A DNA stretch of 64,000 nucleotides from Mobula hypostoma (GCF_963921235.1 NC_086107.1:109246001-109310000); one strand, 5' to 3'; positions 50,651 to 64,000 are shown, counted from the stretch's first letter. Notes: generated from the sequence alone by a model not told the origin. Numbers and translations are program-made.

Positions 50651-52079
50651 TGTGGTCCCGGGGCAGGGAGTGTGTATTAGAAGAGTTCAGAGGGAGCTTA
50701 ACTCTGTATCCCACCCACTGCTATGTCTGTGCTGAGAGTAAAGAGACAATATTGAGGGAGTTCCACTGCCACTCAAGGAGAGCAGGGCATAGAAAACACC
50801 TGCAGAAACGGGCTCTGCTCATATGGAGTTTCACAAACCAGTTTCCGCAACACTCTAATGATGCTCGCATTCTTACAGAAATCGCTTCCTAGTGAAAAGT
50901 AAAGCAAGTTAGCCTCTGTCTCAAACGTTCATTCTCCTGGAGCTTGACAAAGGTTACATCAAAAGCCCTGCATTCCCCTTCACTTCTGCCCGATTTTCAG
51001 AGGGCTATCCAGCTAGAAGCTGGGACACTGAAGAAGAACCAGGCCCTCTCCTTACGCTGGATTCACAGGTGGGATGCAGTGTGGCGAGGTTGCAGAGGGA
51101 TGATCTCATACTGTAGCTCGGTGTGGGTTCATTTACAACGGGAGGTGCTCCTGTAAAGCATCTTCAGGCATGTTTTTTTTAATGAACGTCAGTGGCTTTA
51201 CAAATGAAGGTTCTTCCTCATCGTTCACTGGAGTGGATGGTTCCTTTTTGGGTCCTTGCACGAATTGGGTAAGAGTGCTGAAACTTGGGGGTTGTCTTTG
51301 GCCAGTGGAGAACCACACCACCACAACAAATCCCCTGTACTGCTGCCACCCAGGAAAGGACTACCACGCCCCAAACAGGTCCATGAGTTTTAACCCGGGA
51401 CGCTTTCCTGATCCTGTGGCGCAGATAGACCATAGGAGACACAGGAGCAGAATTAGGCCATTCAGCCCATCGAACCTGCTCTACCATTCCATCAAGACTG
51501 ATTTGTTATCCCTCTCAACCCCATTCTCCTACCTTCTCCCCGTAACCTTTGACACCCTGACTAATCAAGAACCAATCAACCTCCGCTTTAAATATACCCA
51601 GTGACCAGGCTCCCACAGCCATCTGTGGCAATGAATTCCACCATCCACTGGCTAAAGATTAATGCATTAAGTGATTGTACTGGGGACTAAGCACCATATA
51701 TAAAGTTGAAAGAGTCTTTTAGGGCGAAAATGTCAAACGTTGCTGAAAAGCCGCAGGTTCAAGATGAGGGCAAAAGTTTAGAGGTGGATTCAAGGCAAGT
51801 ATTTTTACACGGAGTATACCAGATGCCTAGAATTCACTGGCAAGGGAGGAGGTGGAAGCAGCTACAACAGCAGCCTTAATGAGGTGGTTAGAAGCATGAA
51901 CAGGCAGCTCACGGAGGGATATGGACACGAACTGGCAGATGGGATGAAGTTGAATTGGTATCGTGGTCAGAAGGGACTGTTCCTGCACGGTACTAATCTC
52001 TGACTGGGACATCTTGAGCAGAATATTCTGCATGCCTGCTTGCTTATTTATTTACCTGTTTGTTTGATTTATCTATCTA

Positions 52080-52545
52080 TCTATTTGCGGACCGCAAAGC
52101 ACTCCAGCGTGTGGTGAAAACTGCCCGGCGGATTATCGGCACCCAATTGCCCACTATTGAGAACATCTACCATAAGCGCTGCCTGGGCAGGGAGAAAACC
52201 ATTATCAAGGATGCATCTCACCCTAACCATGGACATTTTACTCTCCTCCCATCCGGTAGGCGCTACAGGAGCCTCCGCTCCCGCACCAGCAGGCACAGGA
52301 AGAGCTTCTTCCCTGAGGCTGTGACCCTGCTGAACCTCACATCACAGCGCTGAGCAGTATTGCACCCGTATTGTACTGTCTCAAGTACTTTTATATTTGT
52401 GTGCTGTAGCACTTTTTTTATTCGCAGTTATTTTGTCAATAACACTATTCTTTGCATTTCCAGTCAGATGCTAACTGCATTTCGTTAGCTTTGTATCTGT
52501 ACTCGGCACAATGACAATAAAGTTGAATCTAATCGAATCTAATCT
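52080..52545 (+). mobile_element. Rex1/Babar-type LINE 3' fragment
   Basis: ADRKALQRVVKTARRIIG...LPSGRRYRSL plus aatgacaataaag and aatct-like tail. Confidence 0.85.
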
Positions 52546-55415
52546 ACGTTTGTATTTGAGATACAGTGCAGTACACTGCCTTCCAGCCCACCCCGTCACA
52601 CCGCCCAGCAACCCACTGATTTTAACCTTAGCCTAATCGCAGGGCAACTTACAATGACCAATCGACCTTCCAACTGGCCCATCTTCGGACTGTGGGAGGA
52701 AACCAGAGCACCCGGAGGAAACCCACGCGCACACGCGGGAAGGGACGCACAAACTCGCTGACAGGGGACGCTGGAATTGAACCTGAACTCCGACGCCCCG
52801 AGCTGTAATAGAGTCGCGCTAACCGTGACACGTGTGCTCAAAGCACCACGGGCTTTACGCCAGTGTGTAGTGCCATGGAGAATAATGCCTATCCACCTCA
52901 AATCGGAGCTCTCATACCCAGCCTGGCTCCCTCACTTCCTACACCTCAGCCATAGAGAAGCTGTAACCGAGTCAGAACCTGGATCAAAAGCATCTGTTAC
53001 AAAACTTGTTGATTTTGCACCAGCAGTACACTGAAATATATAAAAATAGAGAAAGAGAACTGTAAATTACGTTAACTATGTATATTAAATAGTTCAATTA
53101 AAATAAGTATTGCAAAAATAGAACTAAAAAGTAGTGGGGTATGTTCGTGGGTTCAATGTCCATTTAGAAATTGGAACAGTTATTACTCCTTAATCATCAG
53201 GGTCCTGGACCAGCATGGCTAATTACACTCACCTCAACTCTTAACAAATTCCACAACCTATGGAAATACTTTCAAAGACTCTATGTCTCATGTTCTCCGT
53301 ATAATTTTTTTATATTATTATTATTGAGTTCGCTCGCACAGTTTGTCTTCTTCTGCACACTGACCGTTTGTCAGTCTTCTGTTTCGTATTGTGTTTCTTT
53401 GTTCTACTGAGATTGGACGCAAGAAAGTGAATCTCAAGGTAATATACGGTGAAACATATGTTCTTTGACAGTAAATGACCTTTGAACTTTAAAATTGCTA
53501 ACTCTGCCATCAAGAACATGGAACACAGAACAGTACAGCATGGCGACAGGCCACTTGGCCCATCTTGTCTGTGCCGACATCGGCCTGCATGAGGTCCACA
53601 TCGCCCAACTTCTGTCTGTGTTGAACCATCAGGAGAGCATCACTCAACTTCACTCACCCTATCACTGAAGAGTTCCCACAACCTATGGAATCACTTTCAA
53701 GAACTCTTTGTTTCATGTTTTTGATATTTATTGCTCATTTATTATTCTTATTAATGTTATCACTTTTTTTCTTTCTTTTTGATTTGTTGTCTTTTGCACG
53801 CTGACTGTCCATCCTGTTGGCTGCGGTCTTTCATTGCTTCTATCATGGTTCTTCGATTCTCTAAGTATGCCCGCAAGCAAACATATCTCGGGGTTGTATA
53901 TGATGACATATGTGTACTTTGATAATAAAGTTTACTTTGAACTTTGTCTAAAAGCCTTTTAAACGTTACTGTTGCACCTTTTACCACTGCTTCCCCCGCA
54001 CCTACCAAGTTCTGTGTGAAAAAAACCTCACCTCACAAATCTCCTTCAAACTTTTCCCCTCTCGCCTCTTGTATTTGGAGTAAGGCACAGAGAATGCTGG
54101 AGGAACTCAGCAGGTCAGGCAGCATCCATGGAGAAGAATAAACAGTCCATGATGCCACCCAAGACCCTTCTTCAGGTCCGTTCTGCAGATGGTGGAAACC
54201 CAGAGCAGCACAGGCGAAAAGCCGGTGGACCTCAGCGGGCCAGGCAGCATCTATGGAGAAGAATAAACAGTTGCCGTTTCAGGCTGTAGCCCTTCATCGG
54301 GACTGGAAAAGAAGGAGATTAGAAAGGTTGGGGGAGGGGAAGAAGTTCAAGATGGTAGGTGATAGGTGAGGCCAGATGAGGGCGAAGGTGGGTGAGGTAA
54401 GAAGCTGCAGAGTGATTGGTGGAAAAGATAAAGGGCTAAAGAAGAAAGGAACTGATTGGAGAGGAAAGTTTTCCTCACTGGGAAAAGGACTGACTATCCT
54501 AGCTATACCCCACATAACGTATACACTTCCATTCGTTCTCCCCTCAGACCGTGATACTCTAGATGCACAGGAACCCTCAGGTTTCCCCACAACCACTGAG
54601 CACATCTGTATGAAACGCTGTCATAGGAAAGCAGCATCCACCATCAGGGATCCCCACCACCCAGGCCATGCTCTCTTCTCACTGCTGCCGTCAGGAAGAA
54701 GGTGCAGGGGTCTCAGGACTCACACCACCAGGTTCAGGAACATTCACTCTCAGGCTCACAAACCAAAAGGGGATAACTTCACTCAACTTCACTTGCCCCA
54801 TCATGCCCCAGTGGACTCACTTTGAAGAACTCGTCACCTCATGTTCTCAATATTTATTTATATTCGCATTTGCAAAGTTTGTTGTCTTCTGCTCTCTGGT
54901 TGAACGCCTAGTTGGGCGGTCTTTCATTGATTCCACAGGAGTTACTTTTCTATAGATTTTTTGAGTATGCCCACAAGAAAATGAACCTCAGGGTTGTATA
55001 TGATGACATATACAGTATGTACTTTGATAATAAAATTTACTTTGAACTTTGAAGTCATACAGAATCCCCTAGACAATCTATTGCTATTCCTTCATCTGCA
55101 TTGGTACTAAATTCTGGGACACAGCAAAGGTTTGAGAAGGAGATTCACCATTATCTACTCGAGGGCAGTAAGTGTGAGCTCACCAATAGCAGCCATGCTC
55201 CAAGAATTTTAAATAAACTGGAAAAGAGGAACATTGACAGAATGAAAGGAATTTCCCCTTTTACAACAGATTATAATGCTGATGATATGATTGGGCTTCC
55301 TCTTTCATCCATCTCGCTAATCTTGCTGAATGAGAATAGGGCAGTGAAGAAACTCCAAAGTGACAAGCCAGTGCCTTTATTATGGGCCCAGACACGCATA
55401 GTGCATATTGGATTC

Positions 55416-55886
55416 TGATGTTTTAATCAAAAGTTCTTTCAGAAGTCAGGAACGAGGCACAAAACTTGTTGCTTCACAGTCATTTTATTAAGAGTTGATA
55501 AGAAGAAAGAAAAAAACGAACCTCTGACAGAGGTCTACTGGTTAAAGAGAGAAAGAAAGCTGGGAAAAAAATGGTGCTGCCTTATGGTCAACTATTTTTG
55601 TACTACAGAGATAAGGAAAATTCCACTCAAATTTGTAGATAAGAGTCAACCAATGAGATAGCACTTATTCAAATAACGCAGTACAAAGAAGTTTCCAGAG
55701 TTTTCCTCTTATACTTTGTATAACCACTACACTTGCATGTACATGATGATACCACTAGGAAGCATGCTCAGAAGTTACATGTAAATAAGTAATTATATAA
55801 AATTCACGCAGATAATTACTTGTTAAGCTACAAAGAAAATATCAATTAAACAGTCTAATCTAAGAATTAAACAGTCGGATCCAACA
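55416..55886 (-). mobile_element. Probable solo LTR
   Basis: TG...CA-type ends and a minus-strand AATAAA near one end; no convincing TSD. Confidence 0.45.
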
Positions 55887-56767
55887 TGGATGAAGGGAAT
55901 GCTGGGATTAGGGATACTGTTAAATTAGCTAGTACTCACTTTCATGTTCCCAGTATTATTTATTCATTTATTTTATTTGTTCATCTTTATTTTTATTTAG
56001 AGATGCAGTACAGTAACGGACCCTTCCGGCCCAATGAGTCTGCACCACTCATTTACATCCATGTGACTAATTAGCCTACTAACTCCTACATCTGTGGACT
56101 GTGGGAGGAAACCAGAGCACCCGAAGGAAACCCACACAGTCACAGAGAGAACGTACAAACCCCTTAGAGGCAGCAGCAGGAAATGAACCCCAATTGCTGG
56201 AATAGCATTATGCTAGTCACTACCCTACTGTGTCACCAATAATAATATTTATTGTGGTCGTTAATATTTATTATTATAATTTGTTTATTCGTATATGCAC
56301 AGTTTGTCTTCTTTTGCACAGTGAAAGCTTGACAGTCTTTGCATGTAGGATTTCATTGACTCTACCACATTTCTTTGTTCTACTATGACTGCCTGCAAGG
56401 AAATGAATCTTGGTATATGGTGACATATACAGAGTTTGATAATAAATTAACCTTGAACTAATGCTCTGACTGGAAAATTTGGAGATTTTGTGGAGCCCTA
56501 TTCCAGAGGAAAACTCTGCTTTCAGGAAGACATGGAAGGAAAATGAAAGGAACATGCCTTTCATAACAAAACACTTTCCAAATAGCAGGGGAAGGCCATT
56601 CTACCTTTTCGGGTGCTGATTCTCAGCTCCAGGATTTGAATGGGCAGAAGACGCAATTGTCTGTACTATCAGGTTCAAAGACAGCTTCTATCCCACTGTT
56701 GTATAACTCTTGAACAGTTCCCCAGTCTGTTAAGAAGGGCTCAACCTCACAAGCTACCTCATTGTAG

Positions 56768-57839
56768 TTTTACGACCGCGTTAGTTAATTGGTACCTCAT
56801 CTAGAGTTGTTAAGTCCTTGTGCTTTCTGTTGAATCTTGTTTTCAGCATACTGCACTCATTTAAAGTGGACTCCCGATTAGCGCAGGTCCTTGTGTGTGT
56901 TTCAAGAATGATTCAGCCCGTGATGTCGCTCGATGTTCAGTTGGAATTCCTACAAAAAAACTGTTGTTTCTGTCTCAACATGGGAGTCTGTCGTTCCACT
57001 GCACCTGGGCTCAGTCGTTGGTCAGTGTACTCTGTGACAGAACGGCCCCGCGCCGTAAATGGACCCAGCAGAAGTTCAACAGAGGCTTGGGCATTGGTCG
57101 GCCAGAGGCAAAGCTGCCTTCTATTCTCAGTGCTTGTCCCAATGCTATGATCCAAGTTTCCCAAGGCGATGTTCTGAGCTTGTAGCTTCCATGTTCTAAC
57201 CTTCTCTAGTCTAATACAAGGTGGTCAAGGTTTCCTGAGCTTCCCATGGCCCTCCAGGTTTCTGAGAAGTATTCCAGGCTTCCAGGGACTATTGCAAGCT
57301 TCCAAGTACTATTCCATGTTCCCAAATTTGATGCAATATTTCCAAGTAATTTCATGTTCCTGAGTTTGATGCTACGTTCTCGAGTTATATGTTACGTTCC
57401 TGAGTTATATGCTACGTTCCTGAGTTTTCTAGCCCTGTTTCGGGAACATCAGGTCTGTCTCATTTTACCAGCCGTCTCAAAAGCATCAGGGTATCCCTGG
57501 GCCGCCAAGTGCCAGATTTAGGGAGGGAGGTATTATCACGAGCCCTGTGAGCCTGTGCCTCTGTATTCGTTGATTATTGTCTTATCTAGAATTGTTAACC
57601 CCTTGTGCTTTCAGTTTCATCTCGTCAAGTTTATTTTGACTGGCATGGGTTTCCAGCGTGCTGCGCTTACTTAAAGAGGATTCCCAATTAGCGGAGGGTC
57701 CTTGTGTGTATTTCGAGAATGATTCACCTTGCAGTGTTGCTTGAAATTCCAATAAATCAGCTCTTGTTTCTGTCTCAACGTGGGAGCCTGTCGTTCCTCT
57801 GCACCTGGTTCAGTTGTCTGTCAATGCACACCTGTGACA
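56768..57839 (+). mobile_element. Small non-autonomous Gypsy-like two-LTR element
   Basis: Direct repeats 56768-57039 and 57534-57839, both ending TGTGACA; ATGGACCCAGCA (MDPA) at 57059; purine tract AGGGAGGGAGG just before the second LTR. Confidence 0.75.
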
Positions 57840-58062
57840 GCACCTTTTTGTCTGCCTACACTACACTTCACTGGCCATTCTGTTGCTGTTTTCCCCGTAC
57901 GACCTCAATGCACCCATGTGCAGAAATCGTTTTTCATTGTTCCTCAGTACATGTGGCAATGATAAACCAGCTTACCAAGTTAACAGCTTCTGACAGAGAT
58001 ACAACACACATCAAAGTTGCTGGTGAACGCAGCAGGCCAGGCAGCATCTCTAAGAAGAGGCG

Positions 58063-58100
58063 CAGTCGACGTTTCAGGCCGAGACCCTTCGTCAGGACTA
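58063..58100 (-). ncRNA. Minimal type I hammerhead ribozyme motif
   Basis: Reverse complement reads tagtc-CTGACGA-agggtctcggcct-GAAAC-GTC-gactg. Confidence 0.7.
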
Positions 58101-58363
58101 ACTGAAGGAAGAGTGAGTAAGGGATTTGAAAGCTGGAGGGGGAGGGGGAGATGCAAAATGATAGGAGAAGACAGGAGGGGGAGGGATGGAGCCGAGAGCT
58201 GGACAGGTGATTGGCAGAAGGGGATACGAGAGGATCATGGGACAGGAGGTCCGGGAAGAAAGACGGGGGGGGGGGTGACCCAGAGGATGGGCAAGAGGTA
58301 TATTCAGAGGGACAGAGGGAGAAAAAGGAGAGTGAGAGAAAGAATGTGTGCATTAAAAAGAGT

Positions 58364-58475
58364 AACAGATGGGGTACGAGGGGGAGGTGGGAACAGATGG
58401 GGTACGAGGGGGAGGTGGGAACAGATGGGGTACGAGGGGGAGGTGGGAACAGATGGGGTACGAGGGGGAGGTGGG
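58364..58475. repeat. Four perfect copies of a 28-bp G-rich unit
   Basis: AACAGATGGGGTACGAGGGGGAGGTGGG starting at 58364, 58392, 58420, 58448. Confidence 0.95.
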
Positions 58476-60589
58476 ATAGTCTGACAGTCACACAGCAGTC
58501 CTGCAGTCTACCAGCTGTGTCACTGTGACACTCTTAAACCCCAGCAAATTTCTCCCACCAGTGGGTGAACATCTTAACCTCTGAAATGCCCTCACTATCC
58601 CCTCCATTTCTCTCTCCTCCTTCAAAAGCACCTTAATATCTGCCTCCTAGTGATGTCTTTGTGCAGTTTAGTCAAACTCAAAGCAAATTTATTATCAGAG
58701 TACATATGCTGTATGTCACCATGTAAAATCCTGAGATTCATTTTCTTGTGGGCATTTACAGGAAAGTTAAAACATGAAAAAGAATTTGTGAAACTATACG
58801 TTAAAGCACTATACATAAATAAAAATAACCAATGTGTATAAGAAGACAAGTTGTGAAAATAAAAGTAATAAATAGACAGATAGTTAGATAGAGAGATACA
58901 TAAAAAGATTGATAAATAGACTTGCCCTTCTGTCACAGCATATGCACTGGACATCAATCACCCATTTATACTAATCCTACATTAATGTCATCTCTTATTG
59001 GGATTTAAGATGAGAGGTGACTTGATAAAGGTTACACAATAATAAAGGTAATAGATAGAATGGAAAGCCAGAGACCCTTTCCCACAGGCTGGCATCTCCC
59101 AGTCACCTCAGAGCTAACACGAACCACCTGCTACTCACTTCTGGTTCATCACCTGCGGCCCATTTAAACCCAGTTCACATCTGCAGCCCGTTTAAACCCA
59201 GGCCTATGCTCACTCACACAAAGCAGCCAGCATGAGCCAGTTACTCCTGGCCTTCAGTTACCTTGTTTCCTTGTCATGTCGAATATCCATTCTCTCTAGT
59301 TTTGTGCCCTCTTGTGGCTTGTTAGTTTGAAGTTCACGCGTAAAGTATTGTTTACCGCTAAGTCGTCTTCGCTGCTCTGCTGTTTGGTCAAGCCTCCTCT
59401 ACATCTCCTGCCACAGGGCAGAAATGGCTAATACAAGAGGGACAATTTTAAGGTGATTGGAAGAAAGCATGGGGAGTTTGTTGGGGGGGGGGATGTCAGA
59501 AATAAGTTTTTTACACAGAGAGTGGCGGGTGCACGGAGCGCCCTGCCAGGGGTGGCGGCAGAGGCCAATGCATTCGGGACATTTAAGAAACACTTAAGTA
59601 GGCATTTGGATGATCGAAAAATGGAGGGCTATGTCAAAGGGAAGGTTAGATTGACCTTAGAGTAGGTTATAAAGTCAGCACAACATCCTGGGTCGAAGGG
59701 CTTGTACTGCACTGAAGTGTTCCAATGGTCTTCCCAAATTCTCTTCAACTCTTCCTACATGATAGTAGTCACCTACACAGTGAGGACAACTTACTATTGA
59801 TCTATCTAGCTACTTATCTGTCTATCTTTTTACCTATCTATTGATTCCTATCTTTCTATCTATCTATCTATCAGCACCCAGCTAACTTATCAACCTGCAC
59901 TCTTTGAAATACCGGAGGAAACAGGAGCATCCAGAGGAAATCCATGTGGTCCTGAGGAGAACGTTCAAACTCCACACAGACAGCAGATGAAGTCAGATCA
60001 AACTTCGAAATCTGTGAGACCGTGGCTCTACTTTTAAGAGACTCTTAGATAGGTGCATGGAGCTTAGAAAAAATAGAGGGCTGTGCGGTAGGGAAATTCT
60101 AGAGCAGGTTCTAGAGTAGGTTACATGGTCAGCACAGCATTGTGGGCCAAAAGGGCCTGTAATGTGCTGTAGATTTTCAATGTTTCTGTGCTTAACAGCT
60201 GTGGCTCTGTGACACACTTAAACCTCAGCAAATTTCTCCCAATAGCTGGTGAGTGCTTCTCTCCTCAAAAAACACCTCAAAATCTGCCTCCTAGCACCGT
60301 CCCTGTGTGGTTTTGACAAATTTCAAAGTAAGGTTATAATCAAAGTACATATATGTCACCATATACAACCCTGAGATTAATTTCCTGGTGGGCACTTACA
60401 GGAAAGTAAAAATAACTAAATAGCATTTCTGAGAAACTACATGAAAACACTAATAAATAAAAATAACCAATGTGTATAAGAAAATAAATTATGAAAATAA
60501 AAATAATAAATAGACAGGTAGATAGTTAGACAGATAGAGAGATACATAGATAGATGGAAAGATAGATAGTAAGATAGATAGTTAGATAA

Positions 60590-61579
60590 TAGACAATAGA
60601 CAATAGGTGCAAAAGTAGGCCATTCAGCCCTTCGAGCCAGCACCACCATTCACTGTGATCATGGCTGATCATCCACAATCAGTACCATTTTCCTGCCTTC
60701 TCCCCATATCCCTTCACTCCGCTATCTTTAAGAGCTCTATCTAACTCTTTCTTGAAAGAATCCAGAGAATTGGCCTCCACTGCCTTCTGAGGCAGAGCAT
60801 TCCACAGAACCACAGCCCTCTGTGTGAAAAAATTTTTCCTCAACTCTGTTCTAAATTGTCTACCCCTTATTCTTAAACCGTGGCCTTTGGTTCTGGACTC
60901 TCCCAACATCAGGAACATGTTTCCTGCCTCTAGCGTGTCCAATCCCTTAATAATCTTGTATGTTTCAATCAGATCCCCTCTCATCCTTCTAAATTCCGGT
61001 GTATACAACCCCAGTCGCTCCAATCTTTCAACATATGACAGTCCCTCCATCCCAGGAATTAACCTCGTGAACCTACGCTGCACTCCCTCAATAGCAAGAA
61101 TGTCCTTCCTCAAATTTGGAGACCAAAACTGTACACAATATTCCAGATGTGGTCTCACCAGGGCCCTGTACAACTGCAGAAGGACCTCTTTGCTCCTATA
61201 CTCAATTCCCCTTGTTACGAAGGCCAGCATGCCATTAGCTTTCTTCACTGCCTGCTGTACCTGCATGCTTACTTTCAGTGACTGATGAACAAGGGCACCT
61301 AGATCTCGTTGTACTTCCCCTTTTCCTAACTTGACACCATTCAGATAGTAATCTGCCTTCCTGTTATTGCCACCAAAGTGAATAACCTCACATTTATCCA
61401 CATTAAACTGCATCTGCCATGCGTCTGCCCACTCACCCAACCTGTCCAAGTCACCCTGCATTCTCATAACATCCTCCTCACATTTCACAATGCCGCCCAG
61501 CTTTGTATCATCTGCAAATTTGCTAATGTTACTTTTAATCCCTTCATCTAAATCATTAATGTATATTGTAAATAGCTGA
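60590..61579 (-). mobile_element. Young 5'-truncated CR1 LINE with open RT C-terminal frame
   Basis: YINDLDEGIKSNISKFADDTKL continuing into ORF 60679-61488 (WQMQFNVDKC, YRALVRPHLEYCVQFWSP); ctattgtctattgt tail; sits within a GATA array. Confidence 0.95.
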
Positions 61580-61890
61580 TTAATTAAACAGATAAATAGA
61601 TAGATAGGTAGATAGAAAGATAGAAAGGTAGTTAGATAGAAAAATAGATTGATAGATAGATAGACAGACAGACAGACCGACAGACAGAAAGGTAGCTAGA
61701 TAGATAGAAAAATGTATCGATAGACAGTTAGACAGATAGATAGAAAGATAGACTGATAAATAAATGGATAGAGAAAGAGATAGATAGAAAGATAGCTACA
61801 TAGACAGATGGAGAGATAGATAGCTAGATTGTTAGATAATTAGACAGATAAATAGACAGATAGATAGGCAGACTGACAGATAGATAAAGC
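61580..61890. repeat. (GATA/GACA)n array; further tracts at 58870-58920, 59800-59872, 60505-60590
   Basis: Direct inspection. Confidence 0.93.
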
Positions 61891-62955
61891 TGAGAACATG
61901 AGTTGTAGAGTCCTTGAAAGTGTGTCTGTAGGTTGAGAAATAGTTCAGTATTGGTTGAGTGCAGCTATCCATGCCTGTTCAGGAGCCTGAAGGTTGTCAA
62001 GTAATATCTATTCCTGTATCAGCCAGTGCAAAATACCAAGCTCAGGATGCAGCCACGAATCGTCAAACACCGCGGTGAACATGCAGCCGTAAGGCACTGA
62101 GTGATGCTCTGCTGAGTTAAAAGTGCTGTGACAATGCAAGGTGCTAGTATTTCTTGCAGCCCGAGGCTTTGCTTTACATCTGGTGCAGGAGCGACGGAGG
62201 GTTTCGCTACCACACGTAGCAAATCATTGTGCCCCACGTTCAGCCTAAGGGTGTGTGTGTGTGTGTGAGTGTGTGAGTGTGTGAGTGTATGTGTGTGTGT
62301 GCAACACCTGCCTGCAGCATTGCAAAATGCTCTAAATAGACTCAGTCACCAAAGGTTATGCACTCTGCCTTCCTGTCTAATCTCACTCCAAATAAAGTTT
62401 CAAACCATGTACCCCTGCCGTCTAACAGAGCCCACTTCCACCTCCGTAACTAGCCCCCCCCCCAATTCATTCCCGGGACAACCCCCTTTAATTCAGCTCC
62501 TCAGCAGGGTGAATTCTGCAGGTATAAAGCGTTAATCAAGCCATTTATAGACTAAAAATAAGCTGTATTCGTCACATACATATTAAAAACCGACAGTGAA
62601 CTGCATCTTTTCCATCAATGACCAACACAGTGCGAATGTGCTGGGGGCAGCCCGCAAGTGTCGCCGTGCTTCTGACCCCATCGTAGCACGCCCACAACTT
62701 ACTAAACTGTAATTTATTTACCTGTATGTCTTTTTTTTTTGGAATGTTGGAGGAAACCGATCCACCCGGAGGAAACCCACGTGGTCACGGGGAGAACGTA
62801 CAAGCTCCTTACAGGTAGCAGCAGGAACTGAACCTGGCGCTGTACAGCCTTCCAGCCCACAATGTTGTGCCGACCGTTTAACCTACTCCAAGATCAATCT
62901 AACCTTCCCCTCCCAGTTAGCCCTCTTAGAGTATTGTGTTCAGTTCCGATCACTT

Positions 62956-63562
62956 TGTAAGGGGTTTCTTCTTGTATGTTACTGCGCATGTTAATTAAAA
63001 TGGCTTCTTTGTTATGTTAGATGCTGAGAAAGTCTCCAGCTAGCAGTTTGCTTGGGTTATATTATAGATAACAGAGCAAATGAACCAATGGGTGTCCATG
63101 TTATTCTTTCTTGGGTTGATATGCTGTTTCATATGGCTGGGAAACGGGAGGTTTTGGTGGGGAATTGGAGGAGAGACCGTGAGAATGACGGACGTGCTGG
63201 GAGCACTCTGGTGGATCACTCCGGGTGGTCCTGAGCTGCGAGATGAGGGGGTCGGAGTGGATCGCAGGGGGAAGAAAGAAGGTCCTGAGCTCCAACTGTG
63301 TGTGCACGAAGAAATTGGACTTTGATAACTCTGGCGCCTTTTTTTTCATGCCCTTTTGTATTGTATCTCTATTAATCTCATAGTCCTAGTATGATTTATA
63401 AAGTGTAATTTGTAAAACGTACATTGTGTGCTGGCTGATGATTGGTGTTTGAAGCCGAATCAGGTGCCATTTGCGCAGCAACCGACGTAAGCGGGAGACA
63501 AGGTTGGGCTGCGGACGGGGTTTCCCCGAGATAAATACGAGCCAATATAGCTGAGCGTTACA
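62956..63562 (+). mobile_element. Solo LTR (607 bp) with 4-bp TSD
   Basis: TGTAAG...GTTACA termini flanked by ACTT/ACTT. Confidence 0.85.
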
Positions 63563-64000
63563 ACTTCGTTATAAGAACATGAGAAATAGGAGCAGGAGTC
63601 GGTCAACTGGCCTGTCGAGCCTTCCCCGCCATTCAATAAGATCATGGCTGATCTGACCATGGACTCATCTCCACCTGCCTGCCTTTTCCCCATAACCCCT
63701 AATTCCCCTACTATGCAAAGATCTATCCAACCTTGTCTTAAATATATTCACTGAGGTAGCCTCCACTGCTTCATTAGGTAGAGAATTCCACAGATAAGTG
63801 TACAATATGTTTATAGGAATGTACAAACTCCCTACAGGCAGGGGCAGGAATTGAACCCAGGTCACTGGTGCAATAATAGCGTTACAATAGACTCTGCTGC
63901 TGTCCCACCACAATGTTTAATGCTACACAGAGATAAAGCACAATCACTATTATGTGCTGTTTCGCATGATGTGGGCAATCATGATCTCTCACCAAGATTG

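Noticed and set aside
58364..58475. CRISPR-like 28-bp repeats
   Set aside because: No spacers, eukaryotic context, no cas genes.
60824..61285. Antisense ORFs (also 27752-28198 and 24896-25306)
   Set aside because: Shadow frames of LINE RT coding sequence.

Overview
Eukaryotic, repeat-dense vertebrate DNA. The repeat families (HE1/V-SINE-like tRNA SINEs, CR1, Rex1/Babar, Penelope-like elements) point to a cartilaginous fish, probably a ray; this is an inference. Two host loci are supported. (1) The 3' two-thirds of an intronless urotensin-II-receptor-like GPCR at 1-790 (+), disabled by two frameshifts, a stop and motif losses. (2) A complete four-exon ATP5MF gene (ATP synthase subunit f, 89 aa) on the minus strand, CDS exons 24008-23993, 18597-18490, 16478-16362 and 14889-14861, with a CpG-rich promoter. 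The rest is mostly nested mobile DNA: CR1 and Rex1 LINEs, Penelope-like fragments carrying minimal hammerhead ribozymes, solo LTRs, a small two-LTR element, Tc1 and hAT derivatives, SINEs and simple repeats. I see no firm evidence for a wholly new multi-gene system. The best leads are the hammerhead-centred foldback elements, a Tc1 built from two inverted 3' halves, a sense-oriented LTR poly(A) signal next to an ATP5MF acceptor, a DMRT-like motif cluster in ATP5MF intron 1, and a duplicated 50-nt exon-like unit. All calls were made by eye; repeat boundaries are approximate.
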